DNA of 64,000 nt from a virus (taxonomy: Duplodnaviria > Caudoviricetes). Under the pieces are notes generated by a model. That model ran no database searches. It was given only the letters and a program-made list of their open reading frames with translations, and was not told the DNA's origin. A program made the translations under genes and the position numbers. Location: IMG/VR virus record IMGVR_UViG_3300032234_000388, positions 64,001-128,000 of that record; one strand, 5' to 3'. Within the stretch, counting starts at the first letter, position 1. Each line of letters opens with the position of its first letter. Of this stretch, positions 45,815-57,400 are shown in pieces.

Positions 45815-47408
45815 CTTTTCCGCCATAAATGTTATCTTTTAAGAACTGATAATGGCTTGGCAATTGTTTTACATGATCAATAACAAAATTTTTATATTCT
45901 TCGTAGGCACGCTTAGTAAATCCCGTTTGTTGATCGTGTAATACATCTGGAATATTTCTAGAATATAAGAGTTCTTTAGTAGATATTGCTCGAACACCAA
46001 GGCCTGCCAAAATAAACATTTGACCGATGCCCTCATGCCAATAGCTTTGATTTAATAAAATATTGCCAACAGTATTAGGATATTGAGCTTGAACCATCAT
46101 ATGCGGGCCCATCATGTCGGGACTGTACTCGTTATATTGTGTACACCATCTCCAATATGGAGTGTCTGTTCTTCCCGAAAACGCATAGTGCATACTAACA
46201 AAATCTCTAAATCTGTCAACTTCTGTAGCTACTGCAAGATTAAATCCATCTTGTTCAATTCTAGTTACATACCCTTTTCTTCGATTAAGAGTTTCTACTA
46301 ATTTAATTATATTTTCGTGAGTTGTTAACAGGCCTGTTGATTCTAAAGGCTCAACAAACCCGTAGCTTAGACCAACACCTACTACGTTTTGATGCCACGC
46401 CCTACGACGTTTTCCGTGTTTAATTATAATATTAAACATTTCTGCATTTTCTGCAAGCTCCGGACTGTGCTTTTCAGCAATGTGTCTTCTAAATTCTCTT
46501 TTAGCATCTTCGTCTGTTACAAATCTACTAGAATACACATAGCCTGTACCAATCCTATTCCACAACGGAATATTCCATACCCAGCCGTTATCTAATGCAT
46601 GACAATCAGTTACGTTATGCATTTCTCGTTCTCTGTCAATATACGGCAATCGACATGCCCATGCTCTATCATTGGCTAAAACTTTACTAAACGGTTGAAA
46701 CTCTTGTCCCATCCATTGTTCTAATAGTTGTGATCTAAAACCAGTACAGTCGATCCAAAGGTCAGATTTTAAAACCTGTGTATCTTCTAACATCACGTGA
46801 GAAAGATTGCCAAGATCGTCTTTTTTATAAGAATGCACTTCGCCAATAATGTGTTTAACACCATTAGGCAATGCAATTTTTTCTTTTAAATATTGTCCAA
46901 ATAACTGCGCATCCATATGATATGCGGTGTCCCAGTCGAAGGAAAAGTTTCTTAATATACCGTTTTCATTTTTGCTCTGTTTATTGTACTTGGCCAGCAT
47001 TGTATTGCCTGTACAATAAAATTCAGCAAATGTTTCTGAGGTATATTCTTCTGGATATTCTGCAGCAAGTCGAGACCATGCTTGCTCGCCTGCCGGTTTA
47101 TCGGTTAGATCCAATCCTCCACTAAACGGATATTCAAAATGTGTTCCGTCTTTGGCTTTAAAATTTGTAAATCTGATAGAATTTTTATAGGTTGCATTAC
47201 ATGCGGCCATCCAATCTTCATCTTTTAAATCTAATAATTTTAAAAATTTGTTAATGTGACCTAGAGTGCTTTCTCCGACTCCGACAGTGCCAATTTTTTT
47301 AGATTCAACTAATGTTATTTCTAAATGAGGACATAGTTTGGCTAGTGCGGCTGCAGTCATCCATCCTGATGATCCACCACCCACTATAGTTACTGTTTTG
47401 TAATGCAT
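45798..47408 (-). CDS. Flavin-dependent tryptophan halogenase family protein 5
   Basis: GGGSSG, GVGEST, ATYKNSI, WIDCTGF, WVWNIP, canonical FVEPLESTG. Confidence 0.93.
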   Translation of the reverse strand: MHYKTVTIVGGGSSGWMTAAALAKLCPHLEITLVESKKIGTVGVGESTLGHINKFLKLLDLKDEDWMAACNATYKNSIRFTNFKAKDGTHFEYPFSGGLDLTDKPAGEQAWSRLAAEYPEEYTSETFAEFYCTGNTMLAKYNKQSKNENGILRNFSFDWDTAYHMDAQLFGQYLKEKIALPNGVKHIIGEVHSYKKDDLGNLSHVMLEDTQVLKSDLWIDCTGFRSQLLEQWMGQEFQPFSKVLANDRAWACRLPYIDREREMHNVTDCHALDNGWVWNIPLWNRIGTGYVYSSRFVTDEDAKREFRRHIAEKHSPELAENAEMFNIIIKHGKRRRAWHQNVVGVGLSYGFVEPLESTGLLTTHENIIKLVETLNRRKGYVTRIEQDGFNLAVATEVDRFRDFVSMHYAFSGRTDTPYWRWCTQYNEYSPDMMGPHMMVQAQYPNTVGNILLNQSYWHEGIGQMFILAGLGVRAISTKELLYSRNIPDVLHDQQTGFTKRAYEEYKNFVIDHVKQLPSHYQFLKDNIYGGKDDHAV

Positions 47409-47450
47409 GAAAAGTTCCTTATTATATAGTAATAAAATAAAACTACCAGA

Positions 47451-47456
47451 TATTTA
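47451..47456 (-). promoter_or_regulatory. TAAATA late-type box heading the minus-strand halogenase/oxygenase operon
   Basis: TAAATA 42 nt upstream of ATG 47408, AAGGAA SD; lies just downstream of a terminator. Confidence 0.55.
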
Positions 47457-47476
47457 GCTACTGTTTTTAGAGAGGT

Positions 47477-47508
47477 AAAAAAAAGGTGCCTATAATAAAG
47501 CACCTTTT
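47477..47508 (-). terminator. Intrinsic terminator ending the fibre operon
   Basis: AAAAGGTGC/GCACCTTTT stem; 8-T run on minus strand. Confidence 0.75.
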
Positions 47509-47528
47509 AAGTAGGTTTATTAGGTTAA

Positions 47529-48026
47529 TTAACTAATGCCATAACCTTTCCATCCTGGATATCTTTTCCAGGCAGGCATTTCTAAAGTTGCAGGTTGATT
47601 TCTCTTGTCCTTGCTAGGTTCTTCAGTCAATGACCTTGCTAACATTTCTTCCATTGTAACAGGAGCTTCAGGCGGAGGTGGTTTTGGTATTACTGATTTT
47701 ACTGTTTGGATATGATTATACCAATCTCCGTCTGCTGAAATACTTCCGCTAGTTGCTAACTCATGATACAACATATCTAATTGAGCGCCAACGTCGCCAT
47801 AGGCGACCTTACGTGCTACTGCTAGATCAGTAAAAGGAGCATCTCGTTCTATCCAAATCATTTTACCTTGGCTAGGACTCCATTCTAATGTCCAATCTAA
47901 CGTGATTTCGTCAGGAGCATCTACCCAAACTACTGTAGCGTCTGGGCCTTCATAAATTTCATAATCTAATCCGGGCTCAACTATTTGTTGTACCCAACCT
48001 TGATATACTACTAGTGCTTTTTTCAT
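47529..48026 (-). CDS. Possible tail fibre assembly/chaperone-like protein
   Basis: RKVAY...QLDMLYH...W...I..VK..IPKP motif of the kind seen downstream of fibre genes. Confidence 0.45.
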   Translation of the reverse strand: MKKALVVYQGWVQQIVEPGLDYEIYEGPDATVVWVDAPDEITLDWTLEWSPSQGKMIWIERDAPFTDLAVARKVAYGDVGAQLDMLYHELATSGSISADGDWYNHIQTVKSVIPKPPPPEAPVTMEEMLARSLTEEPSKDKRNQPATLEMPAWKRYPGWKGYGIS

Positions 48027-48043
48027 AATGTTTTATTCCTAAT

Positions 48044-48898
48044 TTATCTATATTCTTCTACAACAATAATTCCGGGACGACCATCTGAACCTCGATGTCC
48101 ATGATAGTGACCTCCAGTGCCTCCAGATCCTGGAGCAGAATGTCCTTGATGATTGTGTGCAAAATTGCCACCTTGTGGATGACCTGATGGAGCGCCGCCG
48201 CCCCAATAACTTGACCCGCCTGGTCCAAAATTATCATGATGAGAACCACCACCGCCTTGGTGCATATTTAGATCTCCACCACTTCCGACACCACTAACAC
48301 CGCCACTATGCTGATTTTGTCTATTAGCTCCGTGGCCTGCACTGGCAGAACAGAATCCACCAAACGAGGTTGTGCCTGCATTGCCGCCAGCACCCGCATA
48401 CCAAGTACCTCCGCCTCCGCCGTCAATAGTAACACCTACTGAACTAGTACCTGTTACATCTATAATTCGTTCTGCATATCCACCGGCAGCACCTGACTCG
48501 CCGTGACCACTTGCGCCACCGCCTGAGCCCTGAACTTTTACTCGAATAAATCTAACTCCTGCTGGACGATTCCATGTGCCGCTACTGGTAAACACTTGCA
48601 TGCCGCTAAAACCAGTGACTGCATACTCAAACGCATTTCCAGAGGAATTAACTCGAAGCACAGTGTTTGCTGAGCCTACAGAAGATAATCCAGTACCGCC
48701 TTTGGCAATAGGCATTACTCCAGTGACTGTAGATTGTGAAAAATCTACAGAGTTGTTTGCAAGTTTTGCAGAAGTAATTGCTCCGCTTGCTAAGTCGCTA
48801 GTAGGAATTGATCTATTAGCAATATCAGCATCCGGTATGCTAACGTCAATAATAGCTTGTCCGGTTAAATTTCGTAATGTTTGATAATCAAATGGCAT
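48044..48898 (-). CDS. Gly/His-rich fibre-tip/adhesin-like protein, paralog C
   Basis: ITSAKLA-type N-terminal repeats; FTSSGTWNRPAGV..I.V.VQGSGGG glycine-rich domain. Confidence 0.7.
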   Translation of the reverse strand: MPFDYQTLRNLTGQAIIDVSIPDADIANRSIPTSDLASGAITSAKLANNSVDFSQSTVTGVMPIAKGGTGLSSVGSANTVLRVNSSGNAFEYAVTGFSGMQVFTSSGTWNRPAGVRFIRVKVQGSGGGASGHGESGAAGGYAERIIDVTGTSSVGVTIDGGGGGTWYAGAGGNAGTTSFGGFCSASAGHGANRQNQHSGGVSGVGSGGDLNMHQGGGGSHHDNFGPGGSSYWGGGAPSGHPQGGNFAHNHQGHSAPGSGGTGGHYHGHRGSDGRPGIIVVEEYR

Positions 48899-48910
48899 AT
48901 TTTTCCTAGA

Positions 48911-49768
48911 TTAAAAGAATTCTGTAATAACAATTAAGCCGGGTCTACCGTCTGAGCCTCTATGACCGCTAAAATATCCTGCAGATCCACCTGTGCCGGG
49001 CGCAGAGTGCCCTTGATGATTGTGTGTAAAATTTCCACCTTGTGGGTGTCCGCTTGGGGCTGGCCCGCCCCAAAAACTCTTTCCGCCCATGCCGCTTGAA
49101 CGCTGTTCGTGTCCGCCACCGGCGCCACCGTATAAATTTAAGTCTCCGCCGGATCCAATTCCTGGTAATCCGCCGTTATGATTATTATGTCTATTAGCTC
49201 CATGACCTGCAGTTGCTGAAACAAATCCGCCAAATGATGTTGTGCCAGCATTGCCTCCAGCATTGTTGTACCAAGTACCACCACCACCACCGTCAATAGT
49301 AACACCCACAGTAGTGATTGATGTTGCATCAATTAGTCTTTCGGCATATCCGCCGGCAGCACCTGACTCACCGTGGCCACTTGCTCCGCCGCCTGAGCCT
49401 TGAACTTGTACCCAAATAAATCTAACTCCGGATGTTTTAGTATATGTTCCAGAACCAGTAAACACTACCATTCTAAAAATTCCTGTAGGTGCAAATTCTA
49501 ATGCAGTATTTGCAGAATTTGCTGCTAGTACTCGAAATGCTGATCCTACAGCACTTGCTCCAGTACCTCCTCTAGAAAACGGTGTTGCTCCGGTGACTGT
49601 GACCGAGGCAACATCAATAGCTCCTGCACCTATTTCTGATGCTGTAATTGTAGTATTGGCTATTTTTGTGTCTGTTACTGCGCTATTATTTAAATCGGCA
49701 CCAGTAAGCGTGCCTGGAAGAATTGCAGCGTCTGTTATATTTTTTAATGTTTGATAATTAAATGGCAT
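48911..49768 (-). CDS. Gly/His-rich fibre-tip/adhesin-like protein, paralog B
   Basis: Collinear with paralogs A and C; HNHQGHSAPG, GHRGSDGRPG. Confidence 0.7.
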   Translation of the reverse strand: MPFNYQTLKNITDAAILPGTLTGADLNNSAVTDTKIANTTITASEIGAGAIDVASVTVTGATPFSRGGTGASAVGSAFRVLAANSANTALEFAPTGIFRMVVFTGSGTYTKTSGVRFIWVQVQGSGGGASGHGESGAAGGYAERLIDATSITTVGVTIDGGGGGTWYNNAGGNAGTTSFGGFVSATAGHGANRHNNHNGGLPGIGSGGDLNLYGGAGGGHEQRSSGMGGKSFWGGPAPSGHPQGGNFTHNHQGHSAPGTGGSAGYFSGHRGSDGRPGLIVITEFF

Positions 49769-49776
49769 AGTTATTC

Positions 49777-50628
49777 TTAGAAATAGTTAGTTACAACAAC
49801 AATGCCCGGACGACCGTCAGATCCGCGGTGCCCGTGAAAGTGTGCTCCAGCTCCGCCCGTCCCTGGCGAGGTATGACTTTGATGATTGTGTGCAAAATTG
49901 CCGCCCTGAGGATGGCTGCTAGGTGCGCCTCCGCCAAAGAATGTATCTGCACAACTTTGTGCGCTTCGGGCATGGTGACTAAATCCGCTACCTTGGTGCA
50001 TGTTTAAATTTCCGCCGCTGCCAACGCCACTAACTCCGCCCGAGTGTTGATTTTGTCTATTGGCTCCGTGGCCGCCGCTAGCTGATAAGAAAGAACCAAA
50101 ACTACAACCACCAGCATTGCCGCCCGCATTAGCATAAAATGTTCCACCACCGCCACCGTCAATGGTTATACCTACCGAGCTAATTCCAGTTACGTCAAGA
50201 TACCGTTCGCAGTATCCGCCAGCAGCTCCACCTTCTCCGTGGCCGCTGCCGCCTCCTCCTGATCCCTGTAATTGAACTTTAATGTATCTAACTCCTGCTG
50301 GTCGATTCCATGTTGACGACCCAGTAAATACTTGAATACTAGCAATCCCGTGATTACTAGCAACAGGGTTAGTTCCGTCACTGTAAAACGCTCTAAATGC
50401 TCCAGGTAATGATGTGGTTCCTAGTCCGCCTTTGTTTACAGGCAAAGTTCCAGTAACAACTGTTGTAGTAGTATTAACTGCGCTGGTAGCTAATTTTGAA
50501 GAATCAATAGCACCAAGGGCTATTTTTCCTGCAGTAATTGACGTATTAGCTAAATCTGCGGTGTCAATAGAACCATCAATAAACGATGCTCCTGTTAAAT
50601 TCCGTAGACTCTGATAATTAAACGGCAT
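49777..50628 (-). CDS. Gly/His-rich fibre-tip/adhesin-like protein, paralog A
   Basis: Collinear with paralogs B and C; MPFNYQ start; HNHQSH, HFHGHRG. Confidence 0.7.
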   Translation of the reverse strand: MPFNYQSLRNLTGASFIDGSIDTADLANTSITAGKIALGAIDSSKLATSAVNTTTTVVTGTLPVNKGGLGTTSLPGAFRAFYSDGTNPVASNHGIASIQVFTGSSTWNRPAGVRYIKVQLQGSGGGGSGHGEGGAAGGYCERYLDVTGISSVGITIDGGGGGTFYANAGGNAGGCSFGSFLSASGGHGANRQNQHSGGVSGVGSGGNLNMHQGSGFSHHARSAQSCADTFFGGGAPSSHPQGGNFAHNHQSHTSPGTGGAGAHFHGHRGSDGRPGIVVVTNYF

Positions 50629-50637
50629 TTTTAATCC

Positions 50638-51096
50638 TTAAATTGATTCAAGTAACCATCCCCTGGGTACATCGTAATACACTAGTCTTATAGATGCACC
50701 GTTGGTAGTAATATCCATATCATCTGCAATACGCATGATATTTTGACCATTTCTTGCTAGAACGCATCTGTTAGTTGCAAAAGATCCAGCAAGATCAGTA
50801 ACTTTAATAAAATCTCCAATAACTGGTGCTGCCGGTAATGTAAGTGTAACTACACCACCAGATGTATTTACCCAGTACGTTCTATTGGAAACAGCTATCG
50901 TATTTGTACTGATTAAAATGCGTTCATAGTCTCCCACTACATGCCATGCGCTGCCGTTATAAATTTCTAATTGATTAGTTGTTCTATTAAAAAATGTTAC
51001 ACCAGCATTAGCAGCAGGTGGCCGCTCCGTAGTAGTACCCATGACCATAATAGGTGCGTTTGTATTAACAATCCCGCTCGAAAGGATTCTTCCCAT
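50638..51096 (-). CDS. Tail fibre-associated structural protein
   Basis: TTERP...FFNRTTNQLEIYNGSAW; NTSGGVVTLTLPAAPVIGDFI...RNG. Confidence 0.6.
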   Translation of the reverse strand: MGRILSSGIVNTNAPIMVMGTTTERPPAANAGVTFFNRTTNQLEIYNGSAWHVVGDYERILISTNTIAVSNRTYWVNTSGGVVTLTLPAAPVIGDFIKVTDLAGSFATNRCVLARNGQNIMRIADDMDITTNGASIRLVYYDVPRGWLLESI

Positions 51097-51107
51097 AATA
51101 TTATTCC

Positions 51108-51428
51108 TTAGGTTGTTGAAGTCTCAATGCCCATAACTACCACAGACACGTTAGCGGCACTAGTTCGAACTACAATAAGTCTACCTGCATCTAAAACTAG
51201 ACCTGTTCTCTCTAACACACCACCTGCTGGAATCGTTGAATCAAATTCAATAAATTCACTATTTACGGGGGTTGCAGCACCAGCTATTGCTACTCTAACT
51301 GTAACTGCTGTTGCATTTCTATTACAAATACTAACAGTAGCTACAGTGAATGTATCAGCTGGGCATGTGTAAACTGTAGTATTTGTGGTTGCAGACATGT
51401 CTGCATTTCCTAATCTTCCTGTTGGCAT
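51108..51428 (-). CDS. Small structural protein
   Basis: TVYTCPA...SICNR...beta-rich, 106 aa, GGAG SD. Confidence 0.55.
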   Translation of the reverse strand: MPTGRLGNADMSATTNTTVYTCPADTFTVATVSICNRNATAVTVRVAIAGAATPVNSEFIEFDSTIPAGGVLERTGLVLDAGRLIVVRTSAANVSVVVMGIETSTT

Positions 51429-51450
51429 AATTTATTCTCCATGTTTATAT

Positions 51451-54400
51451 TTATGTAAGCATCATTGACATTGCTAAAGGTATTCCGGTAACGCCAGCTC
51501 TAAATTCAAATGTAGCCTTCATTTGTATTGCTGAAGCTGTGACGGTAGTAATTTGATTACCTGCAATGTATATACTACCAGCTGTTACGCTATTTACGTT
51601 TAAGGATGCGCCACCGCCACCAATTTGTGATGCAATATATGCTTTAATTGCTCGCTGTGTTGGAACTACATTATCACTATTTGAAGTAAAGAACGGATCA
51701 GTTGAGAATTCAGTAATCGACGCTGAACCGCCACCTAACGTAATATTTCCTAAAGTAAGTTCTTGTAGACCAGCAATATTAAACGCATCAGCATTTAATG
51801 TTGCAACACCTGTGGACTGCTCAATTGTAAACAAGTCGCCAACTCTAAAATTACCGTCTTGGTCAGTCGACGTAAAGAACACACGACCACCATTATTGTC
51901 TACTGTTTCGTTGGCTTGAACAGGCAACTGTGTTGGTAAGTTTGGATAATTAGTTTCATCAAAATTACCTGTACCGATATCTAAGAAATCGTGACCTGTT
52001 AAACGAACCTGACTATATCGTATTCTAGTAGTAGCTCCATCTAAGTGATTTGGTGGGCTAAATCTCTTCATATCTGGAGCAATCTGGAAGAATGCTCTAT
52101 AGTCGCCGGGTATTGTTCCTAATTGTGTTAATACCTGAACTAGTTTAAATGTTTGATCCGGTAAATGAGCAAACACTACGTTTGATCCAGCAACTGGGAA
52201 TTTAGTTAATCGTTTAACTGATATAAACTGTCCGTCTTGGAAGAAATCTCCGTAGCCGTCACCTGTTAATATTTCTGCTTCAGCAGCAACATATCCTGTT
52301 CCTCTATTAACAAATGAAGGATTAGCAATTGCACCATTGCCTGTTCTGACTAAAAACGGTGCTTCAAAAATATTGTTAGGATCAGTGATTGTCATTGTTG
52401 GTGCTGAAGTGTATCCAGAACCCGGTTCTAACATTCTAATAGCAAATATTTTTTCTTGTGCTACATATGCTCTTGCACGGGCTGTAGCTCCAACTAGTAT
52501 TTGACTTGCTACTGTCGAAGCTGTGCCACGCTGTATTGCTACCCATCTGCCTGATTGGTTAGGATTACCAAATATACATGCGCTAAATCCATTGGCTGCT
52601 GTACTGGTTGTTCTTGAAGTCCATACAATACCGTCTTCAGAACTAGCTGCTTGTGTGCTTTGACTTACTGCTAAGAACACTCCTTGACCGTATCTAACAT
52701 CAGTATACTGTGCCGAAGGTATAACACTAGCTGTCCAAATTTGACCTGTTAAGCTGTATGCAGCAGTTGTTCCGCTTGAATTAGAAACTGCAACGAATCT
52801 ATTATTACCCCAAGACACAGAAGTCCAGTTAGAAGATGCTGGCAATACTTTTTCAGTCCATGTTGCGCCGTTGTCAGTTGACACCGCAGCAACAGCTCCG
52901 CCGGATGCTACGGCTATCCAATTACCGCCGCCGTATGCAATTCCAGACCAAGTAGTGCTTTGAGGCAAGTTGCCACCAGTCAACCATGTTTGTCCGCCGT
53001 TTGAGCTATATGCTGTGGAGTTTGATCCGCTACGTACAGCGACCCATAGGCCGTTGCCGTAAGCAATTGCACTCCAAGTGCCTGTTGTCGGCAACGCTGC
53101 GCCCGAAGTCCAAGTTATTCCGCCATCAGTAGAATATGCGTTAGCAGTGCCGCCTGAACTAATAGCGACCATACTGTGAGCCATTGGAATAGCAGTTCCC
53201 GAACCAGCACCGACTGCTGTTGCTATAAAGATTCTACCTACTACGTCCGCTGAAGAACCAATTGCGGTAAATGCTGTGGTACCAACTGTGACTATTTTAT
53301 AGGCAGTGCCAACTACAAATGATCCTGCGTTAACTATTGTTCTATCTTCTCCGGATGCAATTGCTGTCCAGCTAGCAGTACTTGGCAAAGCATTAAGTCT
53401 TTCAGTCCAAGTAATTCCATCAACACTGGTGTTAATTGTTCTCGATCCAGAAGAAATTGCAACATAGTTGCCACCTTGTGCAGTTCCAACAAATTCATAA
53501 GTTAAAATTGCCCCGGTAATTTCATTAACAGCAGTAATTGTTATTGTAATGCTGTTTGTTGGATTTGTTCCAGTAAGTGTTGTTCCTGCAATAGTAATAG
53601 TATCTAATCTAGCATACCCGGTTCCTGCAGTTTTTAATGCAACTGTACTGTATTTGGTTCCTCTTCTAACTACATCAAACGTAGCATTGATTCCAGTGCC
53701 GCTAGTAGTTCCAGATACTCCTAAATATGTTCTATATAAAGGTGCATACCCAACATCTGTATAAGTTTGACTGGTAGCTAGTGTTCTTGCAGTTGAACTA
53801 TAAGTTGGAGCTGTAAATGTAATTCTAGGCTCGATAGTATATGTAGTTGATGCATCAGGTGCTACTATTGTTGTACCTGCAATAATATGATCAAATCCAG
53901 GAGCACCAGTACTTTCTCTAGTAACAGTTGCTACTTTAGTTCCTGCATTGTATGTTGCAATATTAGCAAACTGACCAACGCCTGCGCCACCAGTTAAGTA
54001 AATTCTCATACCTACGTATGCAGATGAAATTTCTTGATCGGTAGCAGCAATTGTGATCTGAGTAGTTGTTCCGCCTTGAGCTGTGTTAGCATTTGATACA
54101 TAACCAAATCCGCCAAAGTTTCCGTCGGATTCTGGAGCAGTAGTACTATCATCAACGCTATCTAATAACCTAACTTCAAAAACTGCACCGTCACGGAATT
54201 CATCTTGCTCTACGCGAGCGTTAGCGCCAGCGCCAGCAATAGTCCATGTAACATCAGTATAGTCAGATCCTGCATTTTCAAATTCAAACTGTAATACATC
54301 GTCAGCAGCATCAGTGAATACTGACCCCACAGTTGATACAAAGTTTCTATTATCAACAACTCCTGTGCCGATAACTTCTGTAGCATCAAAACCTTCAGCT

Positions 54401-57400
54401 ACGGAACCAAAATCTCCGTATGAGTTATTACCGTTGGTAGCACGGATACGTCCGCCGTTTTCAGCAAGATAACCAATATGTGCATAATATGAGAACACTG
54501 AAACTAATTCAGCACGCCCGTTATTGGTAATCCAAGCACCAATACCATCACTAATAACCTGTGTAAAGTCGTTGGAAACTATAGAATCATTACCGCCGTT
54601 GTGCAATGCGCCGTCAATCTTTTGACCAATTGCTGCATGACCGAAGGTAGTTACGTTTTGCACATATGGGGATCTGCTGATAATCCATGTACGGAAATCA
54701 TTTGGTCCCCAACCTGGATCTAACGAAACATACGCACCAGCAGAAACTCTTGATGTTCCGTATTCGTTAGGCGCTAAAAGATCTCCGCTTAGGTCGGCTA
54801 AAGTTTGATTTCTAATTCCAGTACCATTTCTAACATAGTACATGTCCTCTTCAAGACTGCCCATAACTGCATTAGCATAGTATCTTGCAGCCATTCTTGA
54901 TTTGTAATTTCCAGGATACATTAAATCAAATTTCAATGCGTCAATATATGCATGTACGTCTCTTTCGCAAGACGTTGTGCTATAACTCAATGCCACAGTC
55001 ATAGATCCTGTACCGTCGTCCATAATATCAAATGCAGTATTGCTATTTCTTGTGGTAGAAATTGTAAATGTTGTTGAACTTACTACATTCTGAACATAGT
55101 ATGTTGTACCTGCAACTATTCCGCCAAACGTTGTGCCTGTAAATCTTATAGCAGCATTACGTTGCATCCAAGCAGTGCTTGTACAAGTAAAGATATCAGT
55201 TGATGCGGTTGCTGCTGTTACAGTAGTTCTATTGGTAGCACCAATGTAAGCAGTAATTTCAGATACAATATAATCTCTGTTTCTTTCTAATTGTAATCTT
55301 GCATGATCGGCTGCACGAATTGAAGTTTGGCAGACAGATCCCTCATTGGTAGCACTGTAAACGATGTCATCTAATGCGTCCATTAACACACTAATACGTG
55401 CTTGTGCCGTAGCGTTTCCGCCAACGTTTGCCTGTGCCGCTGTTTTAACAAAAGCAAATGCTGCTCTTGTGGCTGCTTTTTGTCCAAGGTCAAACACATC
55501 ACTAGCTGAAGAACGTAGATAAGCATATGCAGCGTTGGTTGTTTGAACATTTGAATTAAACATAAAGTCAAACATAACTGCTTCAAGAATTAATCTTACA
55601 TCGCGCTCACATTTAGTTGAATTATAAACCAATGTTGGATAATTTGTAGAAATAAATGCTGTTGTGTTTGTTACAATAGTTTCTTGTGCAGCATCTAATG
55701 TCTGAGCTGCGGTAATTAATGCTGTTGTTGTGTTTACTCCGTTAGTTGCAACTGGGTAATCGATTACTTCGATATCGATGTCTAATCCAGTACCGTTAAC
55801 AAATGTAGCAAGAGTCGATCCACCGTAAGTGGCCGACAACTGGAATGTACTTCCAGTTAGAGTTCCAACTACCCAATATTTTACTCCAGCAGTCAACCCA
55901 TTGGCAGTTATTTTTGGAACAACTGCATCTCCTATTACTAGACCATGTGATGCTGATGTAAATGTATTGTTTGTAGCAATTTGTGTTACGTTGATCTGCG
56001 GAGTTAATCCTGTAGTCGAATCTCCTGAAATGATATTTGTAACAATATCAATTCCGTTGCCTACAAATGTGCTAGCTAGATTGCCATTAATTAGATACAC
56101 CGATGTCCATTGTGTAGCTGTGTTTCCTGTAGATCGTGTTACTGTTGTATTAGATACGATTTGTTGTAGTACAGTTTTTAATCTACCGTAAGCAGACACT
56201 GTTGCAGCAATTTCAGTTGAATCAATCATTAAGTTTGATCCAGGACCATCATAGTATGCCAAGCCGGCATTTAAAATTTGAGAACGACCACCATAGGTAA
56301 GGTCGTATATCATTGCGTCAACAATGTATCCAATGTCACGTTTACATTTTGTTTTAGAATATTTTACATTCGGAAAATTTTCTGCAATATAAGCAATTAA
56401 TTCAGATTTAACAAATTCTTTGTTTTCTCTTATTAGTGTTCTAGCATCGCCGTATCCTTGCAGGAATCCAACGTTATACCCAACTGGGTCGGCGCTTGAG
56501 AAAAATAATGCGGAACCAGTACTAAAATCAATACGATGTTCCATTACTCGAACCAGTTGTCGAACGGTGCTTACTTCTACAGAACTAGCATACGGCCAAG
56601 CTGCACTTTGAATTGCAGTATTGCCTGAACTTTCTGTAACATTAGTTCCAACAATAATTTGCCCGACTACTGTTTCTAATCTGCTTAGAGCATCTACAGA
56701 ATATTTTACGTCGTCGCGACTGGTTATGATTCCTGCAGGTCCTGCATTAGTTGAACGAACTTCGTCGCCAAGAATAACTGTTTCTGCTGGAACAATAATA
56801 GGTAAAATTTCACGATATCTTCCAGATTTTACATTAATTGTACTGTTAGGCACTGAACGTTCTGGTATACTGCTGCTGCTTAATGTTGATAGTGCATCAA
56901 CAACAATGTTTATTAAACTTACTGCAGTTTCTGTTGTTCCAGTTTCTGCAGCTTTAGCAACGTCTGAAACAAAATGTTGAGCAACAATAGCTGTTGAATC
57001 ATTTAAAACTGATTGATAGGCAACTGCTGGTGCAGTATTTGCCAACACTGCAGTCACAAGCTCAGTCATATATTGATATGCTGCTACACCTTCTTCTTTT
57101 TCTGAAGCTAAGGTTGCATAAGGTACATCTTCTTCTGCTGCTGAGAACGGACCTTCATCCAATACACCTAATAGACTTTGTGCGGCAGCACGAATTTTTA
57201 AATTTCCACCGTGACCAATATCCCAAATAAGTCTATCTACAATATAGCCAACGTCTCTTTCGCACTTGTATTCGTCGTAGTCAAATACAAAATCAATAGT
57301 TAAGCCAGTTCCGTCAACCAATGTTCCGACGGCTGGACCGTTTAATGTTAACGATACTCTAAATGCAGTTGAAGTTAACCCTGCAGAAATAACATAATAA

